DNA of 64,000 bases from the IMG/VR virus record IMGVR_UViG_3300011269_000001. One strand, 5' to 3'. The translations under genes and the position numbers were made by a program. The notes beneath the pieces are model-generated. The model was not told where the DNA came from. It searched no databases and saw nothing but the letters and a program-made list of their open reading frames with translations. This document shows, one piece after another, positions 19,953-32,177 of the stretch (its first letter is position 1; each line of letters starts with the position of its first letter). This DNA is from a virus.

Positions 19953-20918
19953 TTAGTTCAGGACAACTTGCTTGACGTCGATTCCCGTCGTGGACGTGAT
20001 GAAGTCGAAGGCGTGACGCTTCATCAGGGCACCGGTGCCGAACCAGGCGCTTGCGGTTCGTTGCTCGTCGACCGTGTTCGGATTGCCTCGACGGACGCGG
20101 GTCGTGCGCTTGTGGTCCACGTATTCAGCAACCGCGTTCAGCGCTGCCCAGGCGGTGCCCTGGATACGGGTTTCCTCGTGGCCGGCGCCGTTTTCAAATA
20201 GGTCCAGGAGCGTCAGGCGATTGTTGACCGTCCGGGTCGGAATCTCAGCGACACCAGGGCCGACAGGGAAGAGCATCTTGGTCAGGGCCAGCATGTTGCC
20301 AGCACTGAATCGGGTCTCGTAGAGACGATTGGCGACTCGTTCATAGGCCCTGTAAAAGCCCATGGCCTGACCAAGGGTCTGTCGGGCTACGTCGAGTTTC
20401 TCGTCCATGCCTCCGGTGTGGCGGATGCTCACTCGGTCCGAGGAGTTTGTCCGCAGGAAGCCGCTATGTAGAAGATTCGGCAGCTGGTTGGTGCAGAACA
20501 ACCGGATGGCGTTGATGAGTCCAGACAGAGCCGAGGTTCCGTCATGACTGTTGAAGAGCGTGAGGTACTTCCGGGTTACATCATTGCCAAGGCGGATTTC
20601 GCCTGGGAGTTGAAGGCTCAGGTAAATCTTCTTTCCATCTTCGAAGCTGCCGGCGCGGGCGAACTTGACGCCTTCGTCGCGGGCTAGAACGTCGGCGACG
20701 CTAAACATGTCCGCGTTCTGGACGAGGGAGTAGTTTTTGCCTACGACCCCGAGAGGCTTGCCGTCGTTGACCCGGATAATAGCCTTGTGGCTGGTCACGG
20801 GTCCGTTCGAGGCCGTGAACAGAGGTACGGTGGCTACTTCCCAGTTGAGTTTGGCGATTGCCAGCGCATCAGACGAGGTCTTTGCTTCCGAAACGTCGAT
20901 GCCGGGGATTCGATTCAT
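19953..20918 (-). CDS. DUF932 / TIGR03299 phage-plasmid protein
   Basis: LGVVGKNYSLVQN, AGSFEDGKKIY, LFNSHDGTSA, IRLFCTNQL, IRHT, GTAWAALNAVAEYVDH. TTGACA-18-TAAGGT promoter upstream. Confidence 0.85.
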   Translation of the reverse strand: MNRIPGIDVSEAKTSSDALAIAKLNWEVATVPLFTASNGPVTSHKAIIRVNDGKPLGVVGKNYSLVQNADMFSVADVLARDEGVKFARAGSFEDGKKIYLSLQLPGEIRLGNDVTRKYLTLFNSHDGTSALSGLINAIRLFCTNQLPNLLHSGFLRTNSSDRVSIRHTGGMDEKLDVARQTLGQAMGFYRAYERVANRLYETRFSAGNMLALTKMLFPVGPGVAEIPTRTVNNRLTLLDLFENGAGHEETRIQGTAWAALNAVAEYVDHKRTTRVRRGNPNTVDEQRTASAWFGTGALMKRHAFDFITSTTGIDVKQVVLN

Positions 20919-20982
20919 TGTGTCTGTTCCTTGGCCTCTGGATTGAGGTTGAGTTGACCTTAGCTCAGTCTTCTTTAACTTG

Positions 20983-21579
20983 TCAAGGATGCGAAGGGTC
21001 TTCGCCGCAAGTGCTTGGTTTTATGGTATTTCCGAACGGTGGCTTCCAGTCTTTGCCCTTGGCCAGGTAATTGTCCATGATGAACTTGGCGTGTGCGATA
21101 CTGTGTTCCAAGTCACCCATGGCCCGGTGCTTGGTACTGCCGGTGCTGGGATAGAACGTCTGGATATGGCCAAGGTCTGAAAAGGCTTTGAAGACCGACA
21201 TGTTCAGGTGCCGATACGAGAACCGTCTGAACAGGTCCGCTGGTAGAAAGCTCTTGTCGAAATGAGGATTGTTCCCGGCGAGGTAGATGTCATCGTTGTA
21301 GGCCAACTGCTTGCGGAAGAAGCCCTCCAGGTCGCCGAGAACTGCGCCGATGCTGAATCCAAATTCAACAGCCTCTTGGTAGAGTCCGGTGGTCAGGTGC
21401 GAAGCAAAGGTCATGCTTTCAAACGGATGGGTTATTGGCTTCACTAGGCTATGGAAGCGAGCCTGGTCTTGTTCCTGGAAATACTTGTCTGTGATGATTG
21501 ACGCGATTTCGAGAATCTCGTCACGCTGCGGGTCGAGGCCGGTAGTCTCAAGGTCCAACCATACGAGTCTGATGCTCAT
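20983..21579 (-). CDS. orn: Oligoribonuclease-like DEDDh exonuclease
   Basis: LVWLDLETTGLDP...ILEIA, LAGNNPHFDKSFL, FSYRH, HRAMGDL. Confidence 0.8.
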   Translation of the reverse strand: MSIRLVWLDLETTGLDPQRDEILEIASIITDKYFQEQDQARFHSLVKPITHPFESMTFASHLTTGLYQEAVEFGFSIGAVLGDLEGFFRKQLAYNDDIYLAGNNPHFDKSFLPADLFRRFSYRHLNMSVFKAFSDLGHIQTFYPSTGSTKHRAMGDLEHSIAHAKFIMDNYLAKGKDWKPPFGNTIKPSTCGEDPSHP

Positions 21580-22187
21580 GGTCTCAACTCCATTTCGATG
21601 ATGACAAATTCTCTGTCGATAGCTTCCCATCTGCCTTGGGTATAGTGTTTCCCCCAGTCGAGCATGTCGCCACCATGGTGCTCGGCGTATTCCGCGGCGC
21701 CTTTCCACGATTGGAAGACTCCCAGAATCTCGATATCATCCAAAATATCCAAACCTTTCTCTTGGAGAAGGTAGACCCTGGCGGAAGAAACAGCAGTGAA
21801 AAATATTTCCCGCTCCCCGTCGTCACGCTCTTCGTTGGGAGCAAAAGTAGTCATGCGAAAAACTCGGCCGTCGCGGATGTCAAGCCAGAAATTCTCCCAA
21901 TGGGAACCTGCCTGAGGACATTTGTCGCAACTTTGGTAGATATGAACTGTCCCAGAATACGCAGAATCTGTAGCTACGAGCGGTCGTGGAGGGTCGAGAT
22001 TAAGACCAGCAGCACGGCAGTTGTCGATGTCCGCGGTGTTGCACTCCTCTAGAATTCGACCGTCTGCCATGATGCGGTAGTTGTCCAGCGAGCAGTCCAG
22101 GTCCTTGGTCTGCCATTCTTCGCGCATCACATGCCCGTTGCGGCATAGTCGCGGGGTCTCGAAGCGGAATGAATCGAACATGCCCAT
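21576..22187 (-). CDS. Hypothetical phage protein
   Basis: Begins MGMFDSFRFE...C...WQTKDLDCSLDNYRI; its stop overlaps the orn start. Confidence 0.55.
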   Translation of the reverse strand: MGMFDSFRFETPRLCRNGHVMREEWQTKDLDCSLDNYRIMADGRILEECNTADIDNCRAAGLNLDPPRPLVATDSAYSGTVHIYQSCDKCPQAGSHWENFWLDIRDGRVFRMTTFAPNEERDDGEREIFFTAVSSARVYLLQEKGLDILDDIEILGVFQSWKGAAEYAEHHGGDMLDWGKHYTQGRWEAIDREFVIIEMELRP

Positions 22188-22775
22188 TAGCGTAGCTCCT
22201 GCAGTGCCCTTGCCACCGGGTCGAGATTGAGTTCGTTCGGAATGAACAGCGCGTCGTAGCCCTGGCATGGCGACGAAGGATAGCAAACGTAGGTGATGAG
22301 TATTGCCCATCTGAGGGCTTCGGGGTCTTCGAGCACAGCCCCGCAGAGAAACCAACTACGGAATGGCATGCAATCGACTTTTGCCCTCAGGAACTTTGAG
22401 TCAGCGAAATGCTGTTGGACCTCGACTATCGCCAGCTCTCGCTCGCTCATCGGTCGACCTTCGATGTCCACCGGCGGCGAGTCGACTTCCGCGCAGGCGC
22501 CCACCGACAAGAGAAGCATGAAGAGAAGAAGGCGCACTAGAATCCTTTCTTATGGTAGAGAATTTCCTTCAAGGCCTCGCGGGCATACCCGCTGCTTTCA
22601 TAACTGTCGAATTCTGACTCAACTTTGCCGATGATACCCCGGACCAGATAGTCAAGGTGCTCGCGAATCAAGGCCCGAGTTTCTGTGACCTGGTTAAACG
22701 TGAATTGAGATTTCCATTCGGGAAACAAGCGTTCAAACAGTTCATCCACTCGGTCGTCTAGGGTTCTTGGTCCAA

Positions 22776-23141
22776 TTATGCCCATGCTACACTGCTCCTA
22801 CCTTCCGCGATGCGGATACGGTTGTCTGGGTTGCCGTCCCATTCTACTACAAGGCCATTCAAGTTCTTGGCGGTACAGTAGACCAGATGGCCGATGTTCT
22901 TCTGTGTCAGTCCGGATGCCCCGGGGCCGACGTCGAACGCCAGGTAGACTTCCTTGCTGTCTTCTAGGCGTTCGCTATCCTGTTTGTGGTAGAAGACGAC
23001 ACCCTTCTTGTCTCTGAGTTCTTCCTCGGTCAGTGCCTCGAAGCCGCAGCCGAGGCAACACATCCAATTCTGTTTAGCCAGGAAGCCCTCCTTGCGGAGG
23101 TCCCGGAAAAATCGGTTCAATTTTTTCTTAAATTCGGTCAT
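22776..23141 (-). CDS. Hypothetical protein (DUF6891-like)
   Basis: FRDLRKEGFLAKQNWMCCLGCG...VFYHKQD...VEWDG pattern. Confidence 0.5.
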   Translation of the reverse strand: MTEFKKKLNRFFRDLRKEGFLAKQNWMCCLGCGFEALTEEELRDKKGVVFYHKQDSERLEDSKEVYLAFDVGPGASGLTQKNIGHLVYCTAKNLNGLVVEWDGNPDNRIRIAEGRSSVAWA

Positions 23142-23877
23142 GGCCCCAGCCAGATTCGGTAGTAGTCTGCGAAATCATACAACTCGTCGAGTTTTTTGTC
23201 AAAGTCTTCGACATCTGCCTCGGAATCTTCAGCCAGGTCGCGGAAGTCCTGGTCAAGGTCCGTGTCCTTGAAGAGGGTAGGATTCTCCGCCAATTTGCCG
23301 GCAATCTTCACCGCGGTCTGCCGCCAGTCGAGGGTGTTATCGTTTAGGAAAACCTTGATGTCGACGGTGCCGCGCCAGGGTTTCGGGGAGTAGCTCATGG
23401 GGTTTATCCGAATGGGTACAGGTGGCAGTTGCGTTCAGCACTCCACCGGGGACCGGCTTGGCCTTTCTTGACCCGCGGTCGATAGTGCATATTCAAAGCG
23501 TGGTCTACTTCCATCTGAGACCCACCGGTCATTTCCATGATTTCTGCCAGGCTCCAATTGCCAGGGCGTTTGATTTTGGCGAGAACTTCATCTGGGGTCA
23601 TGGAATCTCCGCGTGCTCCGGGCAGTGCCGGCCAGGATTGGTGTCAGTTCGAAGGCAATTCGGTCTGGAGCAGACCCGGACGAATTCCTCTACGTCCATG
23701 ATAGTGGCCTTGGGATAGAAGTAGAGAACCTCATCGCGGTTCCGGGCATAGCCCACCGACGTCCAGGTATGACCCATGAGGCCAGTGTCCTGGAAGATGA
23801 TGTAGCCGCCGTTGGATTGTGGCGTGGCGACGGTCAGGTCGCCGGCTGTGACTGCAAGGCGCTTAGCCATGATTCTG

Positions 23878-23906
23878 GTTTTATCCGAAGATAATATTTT
23901 TGTCAA
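23878..23906 (-). promoter_or_regulatory. Sigma70-type early promoter
   Basis: TTGACA-17-TAAAAC, ATG 7 nt downstream (gene 23598-23870). Confidence 0.65.
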
Positions 23907-24721
23907 GTAGCAGCCCCGGGAGTCGAACCGATATCTCAGGCTTATGAGGCCCGCGTTGGTTATCCGTTCCACTCGGCTGCTATAAGTCCATCTTAAAAGA
24001 AATCCTGGTACCTTTGGCTTGACTAATGACGGTGCCGTTGTCCCAGCTCTGGAACATGCTCTGCATGCGCTTGAGGACGCTGACTTCGTCTTCTGGTAGA
24101 TACTGGTTCTCGTCAATGAACCTTTGAGCATCCGTCGCAGTTTTGAAGACAGCCAGGAATTCAGTACAGCCATCGCCCGAGGTCTCTCGAAGCACCATGA
24201 ACGCTCCGCCGTCCCGCGTCTGTTTAATCAGCCACATTGGTTATGCCGTCCCTTCAGCTTCGAGTTTTTTCAGGTCCGTGATGAGCTTGCCGATTCCCTT
24301 GGATAGCCTCTGGTTGCGGGCCTTGGCTGTCTCCGTCGGCCGGCAGAGGTAGAGCACGGCTGCGGTTACTGGCTGGCCTTCGACTAGGAAGTCTCTGGTG
24401 GAAGTGAACGCCCGGTAGTTCTTGCCCCCGACATTCACTCGACCCTCAACGTCATGTCCGCTCATTTGCGGTCTTTGCAGATACCGTAGACCGTAGACTC
24501 GCAAGCCGTTGCGCGCGACTTCAATGACCAAGCCGACCAGCTTCTTGATAGTGCCGTCCTGGTGCCAGCTAACGTCGAAGCGGACTCGACCGTCGGTAAT
24601 AGGCGCCGGGAATGGGATGACTTTGGGCCATATTGCCGCCGTTAGGTCATCATTCGATGACCATTCCGCGAAGGCCACGATGCCCTTGAGTGGTGGAACG
24701 TCTCTCGTTTTCATGGTTCCT

Positions 24722-24750
24722 TCTTTAGCAAGCGAAAATATTTTTGTCAA
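24722..24750 (-). promoter_or_regulatory. Sigma70-type early promoter
   Basis: TTGACA-17-TAAAGA, ATG 7 nt downstream (gene 24241-24714). Shares TTGACAAAAATATT with the 23906 promoter. Confidence 0.65.
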
Positions 24751-25262
24751 CTGCCGAATGTGGGGACTTGGACCACGGGCTTCAAGTTCGCGTCGTGTTC
24801 CAAGGTGTAGGGGCTACCGTAGCAGCTGTGGTAGAGCAGGATTCCAACGGGCTTGATGTCGGTCACCCCGTAGTCTGCGGAAGTTTTCTTGATGGAGGTG
24901 TAGATGCGCTTGACTGTACGGCCGGTGTCGATGAGGTCATCCACGATGAGATAACGGGTCCCGTCGGACGCGAATCCGTTCACCCTGTGGCTGTCGTGGG
25001 AGTCATCCCTTTCCTTGCGTACAGATAGAATCGGGAGCTTGAGCTTGTACCCCAGGATGGCGATGATGAGTCCGGATTGACCGCAACCGGCCAAGGTATT
25101 GACTCCGTGGGTTGCCTGCAGGCGGCGGATTTTCCTCGCGAGTCTGGTCACGAGTTTCGGGAGCGTCAGTGGGTTGAAAATGTCTGACGTGTGACCGGGT
25201 GCGATGAGACGACCGGAGCCCTGTTGATAGAAGTCGTCAATTGGCATAGGATTAGCGGGCAT
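24747..25262 (-). CDS. Type I phosphoribosyltransferase
   Basis: PRPP-binding motif YLIVDDLIDTGRT; GQSGLII and SVRKE. Confidence 0.8.
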   Translation of the reverse strand: MPANPMPIDDFYQQGSGRLIAPGHTSDIFNPLTLPKLVTRLARKIRRLQATHGVNTLAGCGQSGLIIAILGYKLKLPILSVRKERDDSHDSHRVNGFASDGTRYLIVDDLIDTGRTVKRIYTSIKKTSADYGVTDIKPVGILLYHSCYGSPYTLEHDANLKPVVQVPTFGS

Positions 25263-26276
25263 GTCAGACCTTAGATGAGGGGTAGAAAACGGTCGTACTT
25301 GTCGCCGGTCGCCTTCACAATCTTGGCCGCGAGCTTGACCGTGGCCTCATTGCGGGGGTCGTACCACCCCGAGCCCTTCTCGAAGATGTCAGCCCAGGCC
25401 TCAATAGCGACCAGGAATAACCTCATCGCCTTCTGCTGTAGGGTTCGATGGGTCCGGGTCGTCAATTGCTCGGCAAACTCCTTCATGTCGCTCTCGTTGG
25501 CCTTGTTCACGAACTCGTCTACAAGCTCGGCCAATTCAGTGCCGGATAGGTCTCGACCATGGACAGTGACGGCCAGGCGATTCTCTCCATGGAGATAGAT
25601 GACTTTGCTACTCACGGGTATATCCCACTTTCAGGTAGGCGTCGACGAATTGTTTGAGGAGGGCCTCGGCGGGGACTGCAACCGCGTCCCGCATCTTGCC
25701 AAACTTCTTCCAACCGTAGCTGTGCCGGCGGCCATCGGACGAGAACCGGATGTCGCGCTTCCGGAGGATAGAACCATCGCTCATCAGCGCGACCGTGGTT
25801 CGACTCCAGTTCGTGAGGTCGTCGGTGGGGTCCTCGCGGACTTTGCTCAATCTGACCAACTCCGTTCTGCCCCGCGCGTTCAACTTTGCCATTTGGCTCT
25901 CCAGGCGTTTGTGGTAGACTCTTTATCCAACGTGGAATATTTTTTGTCAATAGGCCCTCCGCGGCACCGTATATTCTACTGTGAGTGTACCTGCGCTGAG
26001 GTCAAGAAATTTGCTGACGGTCAGGGCATACCTCACTTCTACCCACTTGACAAAACCCGCGAGGCCATGAAGAAGTTCCGTTTTTTCAAGGACATCAGTC
26101 ATCGACATTTTGCCGACAACAATCATTACCGCCCGGACTGTAAGTGTCCTCTGTTCTGGGCTGTGCACATCGGCGGAAAACACGTGATGAGTTTCAAGGA
26201 AGATAAAGGCGTCCAGTTGCTCTCTGACACAATCTCCGCTTCGCCCGGGAGTCAATCTATCCTTTAGGGAGCGTGA

Positions 26277-26732
26277 ATGTTTCTCGACCTGACAGAGCAC
26301 TTGAAAGAGCTACGCGAGACTGCGGCTCTGATTTTGCCCCGGGTTGAAAAGATTCTTGCCGTCCGGCGGAATCTCAGAGCCTTCAAAGACCATCTGGGAG
26401 TGGTTCGCTACTGCAGCTCTGACGTCAATGCGGTCGTGGACACCGTGGAGATAACTCACAGGACCGATGAAGAAGACGGGGTCCTGGAAATTCTACCGTC
26501 GGTTCTGGACGAGGGAATGCACATCTACTCGGACCCGCCAATTTTCATCCTCGGGTATCGGAATCCGAAAGGCTTTGGAGAAGTTCCGCTGCATGATTGG
26601 CGGGACATTCTCAATGACAATAATATTTCTGATGCCGTCATCCGGAAGGTCCGGTTGTATTTCAAGAAGCACGCGGCCGTGAACTACGACCAAGTCTCGG
26701 AAGAGCCAAAACCGGTTGAGGTAAAACCGTAG
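26277..26732 (+). CDS. Hypothetical protein, possibly late-expressed
   Basis: Clean ORF with RBS, preceded by CAATCTA at 26253. Confidence 0.55.
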   Translation: MFLDLTEHLKELRETAALILPRVEKILAVRRNLRAFKDHLGVVRYCSSDVNAVVDTVEITHRTDEEDGVLEILPSVLDEGMHIYSDPPIFILGYRNPKGFGEVPLHDWRDILNDNNISDAVIRKVRLYFKKHAAVNYDQVSEEPKPVEVKP

Positions 26733-28898
26733 ACTGTGGTAAACTCCTAGCTTAGGAGACTATCATGGCCACTGCAGAAGAACGACTCGATGCTTTTCGT
26801 CGCGATGCCATGAAGGCATTGTTGGAGAAGAACGCAGGTCCTTTGCTTTTTAATGGTATCCTTTGTGAGGATGCTCGCTGGGAAGAGTATAGCGTCAACA
26901 CGAAAAAAGTCATTCAGCGCTTGGCGGAAATTGCCGAGACCGTGGCTCAAGAACAATTGAAGGCTTCTTACCGTGGGTGATATTGAAGCCAAAATCCGTT
27001 GGGACCAAGACGCCAACGCTTGTTCGAAGATTCCGCAAAGGACCTGGGAGCAAAAGAAAATCCCATTCAATGAGTGGATAAACAAGATAGATATTTACTT
27101 GGACCGGGATGTCAGGTTGTATCCGAACTATTGGGCAGAAATCACCAGGCGCGCAAATGCTGAAGCGTTGCCCCTGCGCGAGCAAGAATTGGACCATTAC
27201 AAGGAAGAGCGTATACCTTCGACTTGGGACTACGCCACGACTCGGACTCGGCAAGTTCCGGTGATGAAGACTGTGGTTTATATGCCGGCAAAGGCTATCC
27301 GTCGAATGCGCGCCAAGTATCAATTGGAGAATCCTCCACGCCCGAAGTATGGTCCGAAGATTGATTTCTGGATTCAGGATGAACTCCGTGACCTTGTCAA
27401 AGAGCACGGTGACCACTGCAATAACAACTGGCGCTGGGCGGACAAAAAGAAAAATGGGGAAGTCCGGAGGTATAAGCGCGCCCGGGACAGCGGCTGCTGC
27501 GGTTCGTACGACACCGAGGTCGAGTACAAGCCCATCTTTGGGAAGCCTCGAACCTTTCTGCTAGGGTTCAACTATGGACACTAAAGAAATTCGTGTCTGT
27601 GCTCGATGTAAACATGAAATTCAAGGCAACGACATTCACCTGGCGTTGCCAGACGGCTTCAAACGTCTCTGTGCGATTGTAACCAATCTTCTGGGGACTG
27701 AAAAATGACCACGCGCCGGAGTGCAACTGGAATTGACCTGGAAAAGCTCAAATCAGACCCCGGCACCGAGGTCTTCCACAAGAAATGTGACCAGCGCGTT
27801 TTCTACGACCCGGTCACGGACTATTTTGACTGTACCAACAACCACGGGGTCCACAACGCCAAGTCTCCGTGCCCACGTTGGAAGGGGTATATCTGCGACG
27901 AGCATCAGTGGAATCAGCGTGTCCTTATAACCGGGCAGCCAACTTTGGGCTGGAAGGCGTATTTGGCCGAATATTTTTACGTCAACGCTCCCGACTTGGA
28001 AATGGTCTGGAAGCTGTACTTTGACGAGAAGCTTGGCTGCACGATGTCCAGGGAAATGACACCCGAGGAACTCCAAGAATATTATCACCGAGTCTCGCCT
28101 TGGTCCACGGCCGGCCGCAGGTTGTGATATACTACGCGCATGTTTGGAAAGTACGACTGCATCGAAGACCCGGAGATTGAAATGGAACAGCAAGAAGCGA
28201 AGAAACTGGATTTTGACGAAGTGCAGGATTTCGTGGCGCGAGCCCAACAGCAAGGCTATCCGCTGGATTTTACCGGTGACATTGCGGAGGGTTCGCCAGC
28301 TTGGGTTAGGCTCCAAATTGCCAATCTTGAAGGAATGGCAGCAAAAGGCCCTCTCAGTGATATTGATGCTCAGTACCTTGTCAGTCTTCGCGATGCTCTT
28401 GGCCGAGGTAATGTTCAGGAGTTTGTTTTCGTTGAGAATCTACTCCGAGAGAAACTTGGCAAAAACTACGCCAAGTTTGTGCGCCGACGTGGCAAGCACT
28501 CTGAAGAGCTGAAGCGCCTGGAAGCCATTAACGCAGAACTTCAGAAAGAGGTTGAGCTTGCGGCTCAGCTTCGTGGTGGGGCCTATCCCAGGTTAAATCA
28601 CATGACCACGGAAATCGATGAAGTTAGCGGGGGGTCGGTTGATGTTCCTAATACACTCGCTGCTGCTTTTGAGGGCTATTCGGCCCAGGCCCGCATTGAC
28701 CCAGGAACGTATATCGTCGATGTCGACAAGAATCACAGGCTTACCAGCTTCAAAGTTGAGCCCAAGACCTCGGAACAGACTGCGACTTCGCTCGGTGGTA
28801 AGATTATTCCGGTCAGTTTTTGGACTCGGGTTTACAATTGGTTTTTCCTCTTGGGCCGCTATCGTTTCGGGGGCTCCTTCCGCAATCGTGAGTAGACA

Positions 28899-29750
28899 AT
28901 GGCCATTGAAGCCAAAGTTCTTGCCGACAGCATCGCCAATGGCCATCGGCTGACGACCTTTCAGCTGAAGTTTCCGCGTTTCATCTTGGCTGAGTTCAAC
29001 ACTCATCGGGCCTTGAGCCGGAATGCAAGTTCCAGCCGGGCCATCCCGGTCAAGAAGGTACTGCAGATGGTCAGAGAAGACCCCGCAATGCCGGTGTTCT
29101 GGGGCAAGAATCAACCGGGCATGTTGGCTGAGGAAGAGATTTCCGGCGGAGTCAAAGATATTGCCATCAGGCGTTGGCTTCGGTTCCGGGACGATGCTGT
29201 CCACGAGGCAGAATGGTTCGACTACAATGGAATCCATAAGCAACTCAGTAACAGATTAGTCGAGTTATGGATGAACGCGCATGTTGTCTGTACAGGCACT
29301 GAATGGGAAAACTTTTACGCTCTGCGAACAGACAAAATGGCCCAACCGGAAATGAAGGTGCTGGCTGATACTATGCTCGAAGCCCACAATGCCAGCACCC
29401 CAGTCTCTCGCGAACCCTCCTGGGCCGATGAAGAAATTAACTGGCATCTTCCGTATATCAGCGAGGAAGACCGTCGTATTCTCCTGTTCCCGAATGCCAT
29501 GAAAGTTAGTGTAGCCCGATGCGCCCGAGTTTCGCTTGTAAACCACGACGGGACAACCCATAATCTGGGTAGAGATATAGAGCTTCATGACCAGCTGAAA
29601 AACAATGGCCACGTCTCGCCGTTCGAACACCAAGCCAGGCCCGCGATAGATGATGAGACTGGCTCTGGCAACTTCCGGGGTTGGATGCAGTACCGGTATT
29701 TCCTTCCCAACGAAAACCGGTCCTTCGAAGGACTTCGGAGGATATCATGA
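28899..29750 (+). CDS. thyX: FAD-dependent thymidylate synthase (phage ThyX type)
   Basis: FPRFILAEFNTHRALSRNASSSRAIP, HKQLSNRL, NFYALR...AQPE, SVARCARVS, HVSPFEHQA. Confidence 0.88.
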   Translation: MAIEAKVLADSIANGHRLTTFQLKFPRFILAEFNTHRALSRNASSSRAIPVKKVLQMVREDPAMPVFWGKNQPGMLAEEEISGGVKDIAIRRWLRFRDDAVHEAEWFDYNGIHKQLSNRLVELWMNAHVVCTGTEWENFYALRTDKMAQPEMKVLADTMLEAHNASTPVSREPSWADEEINWHLPYISEEDRRILLFPNAMKVSVARCARVSLVNHDGTTHNLGRDIELHDQLKNNGHVSPFEHQARPAIDDETGSGNFRGWMQYRYFLPNENRSFEGLRRIS

Positions 29751-32177
29751 GGGGAACAATCAGAGACGCGTTGGTCCAGGACCTGATGACCATGGACCGC
29801 CGGGAAACGGTCCGGGAACTCGACACTTTCCTGGTGGACCTGTACAAGGCCTTGGCAGACTACGACCTGAACAAAGGCGATGCGCATTATCTCAGTGTCA
29901 CCCCCGAGCTTCAATACCTTGAGGAAGTGGCAATCTTGAGTCGAGAGCGGTTCCTGAAGATTGGTCGACCGCCCGCCCCTCCTCTGCCGGCTGCAGGTGG
30001 CAAATGACCGACGACATCAAAAAGAAACTGGCCGAGATTGCCGAGAAGATGAAGACCGCGACTCCGGCGCAGAAGAAGGTCCTCAGCAAAGAGCTAGATA
30101 AGCTCTTGAACACCCGGGCCGAGGAGTCTCCTGAGGACTTTTACCCTGAACCTCAATACATCGGATACGATGATGAATTCTTCGAAGATGAGAAAGACTC
30201 CGAAGATGACATCCTGGATTACTAAATGGACACTGAAATCAAAGCCAAGTGCGAGCATCAACTGCTGGTTATCCAGGACATGCGTCGGGCTCAGTCGGTA
30301 GCTGACAACGACTATTTCAAAGTCCTGGTCTGTTTGAGCCACGAATATCTCAAAGGCGATGATGTCAACATGTGCCTCTCCCTTTTGAATCAATGCGCGC
30401 CCGCATACTTCAAGGACGTCCAGCCGCAGCAGATGCGCGAAGACCCCATGTATTGTGGCCTGGTCATTCTTCTGGCAGAGCTAATTCAGAAGAAGGGTTT
30501 GGTAGAATATGTACAGGGCGGTTTGATTCCAACCCAGGCTCCGGGGCTAGCATGAGCGAAAATACCGAGAACATCGAATCCGTATCTGACGAAGTCGTAG
30601 CTATTGAGAAGGTCTTCACTCAGGAAGAAACTAAGCTTTTTAGAACCAAGGCTCTTCTCTTTCAGTTGACCGGCGAAGCCCTGAGGGCTAAGGTCGAGCA
30701 TGCTCCGTCGGTACCGGTCTTTTCTGGGGAGAAGCTAATCGGGTATGCCAGTACCTGGCAAGACGGCCCGAGAGTGAGCGCCGAATTGGTCATCGACTAC
30801 TCGACTCCTGAGCGTCTGGAAATCGAGAACGGTGGAGCCCTCTACGCTGCCCCTCAGGTCGAGTTCTACCAGATGGTCGAGACCTCGCCGTATTCCATGC
30901 AGTGGATTCCCACAGTCATCAGGGTCCTTCAAATCAAGATTGTCAACAAGAAGCTTTTCGAAGGTATGGAGCCCATCGGGAAGATTTTATGAAACCCGTT
31001 CCCGGATGGTGTTTTTTGTCTGGAACTACTATCTGGGTTGAACCAGCTGAGGACAAATCAATGTTGATGACTTTGGAAGAGTTTTTGAAGAAGTTCCCTG
31101 AAGTGAAAAGCGCCCGGGGACTTGACCTAAACAGCCTACAAGGTCTCATGTCAACCACAGAGCGCGAGCAAGAAATCGGACGGCAGGTTCTTAGGAATCT
31201 GAAGCAAAAAGCTGATGTATGAACAGGCAGGAAATTTGGTATCCCCACTGGGTTTTCGTGGTCGGAGGTCGAGCGATGGTCTGGAAATTTGGTGACGAGC
31301 ACATAGCGAGTTACCGAGAGCATCTCCCCGACGGTAATTTTCGTCAGTCTGGTCGTTGGGCCAAGGCCCGAACCGCAGAAGAGGCAGCCGACACGGTCAA
31401 TGACCTATACTTCCGGTACGAGTTGTTGCCTTTTATAGGATATACTTGCGAGACGTGCGGAGGCTCCTACGACGCCCAGGGGCTGGATAGCATCTTGATT
31501 GTCGGGGTGAAATCTTGTGATGCCTGCATGAACGTTTTGTTGAGTTTGGGGCTCGACACTCTGGGTAAGCTCAAGCACTTTGTACAGATGTTCAAACACG
31601 CTTGGGAAGGACAGGACATCTTTGACTGAACACGACGTAGACGACGGACACTGCAGCTGCGGGGCCACCCATGACCTCTTTGCTGACCAGGCTTACCTTG
31701 AGAGAATCAGGACCTTGGAAGGCAAAACCCACCCCGGGCCGTGGATTGATGAATACAGTTACAGAATGCGTTTCCCAGATGGGATGCTGATTGCTGAGTT
31801 TAAGCACGTTGAGGATTGGCCAGTCAAGCCCAGCGGTGCTGACGTTGCATTCCTGGCCCAGAGTCGCGAGACCGTGCCTTGGCTCCTGAATCTGGTCGAC
31901 CGGACTCAAAGCTATGTCCGGGCACTCAGGGCAGAGATTCAGGCCCTCCGAGCCGGGGACCATTGATTGCCGGAAGAGTGAGATGAACAACAAGGTCTAC
32001 CATACCGTTGGCTATTGGTTGTCCGTAACCATCGTGGTCGTAAACGTTTTCATGCTGACCGTCGTATCCAGGGTCCCCAGGCTCCGGCCATTGGGCATGA
32101 TTTTTATTCTTTCTGCCTTGTCTGGATTCATCGGCGCCCTCAGCCATTGGCATAAGTCGAATCGCAAGAAGTAGCCC

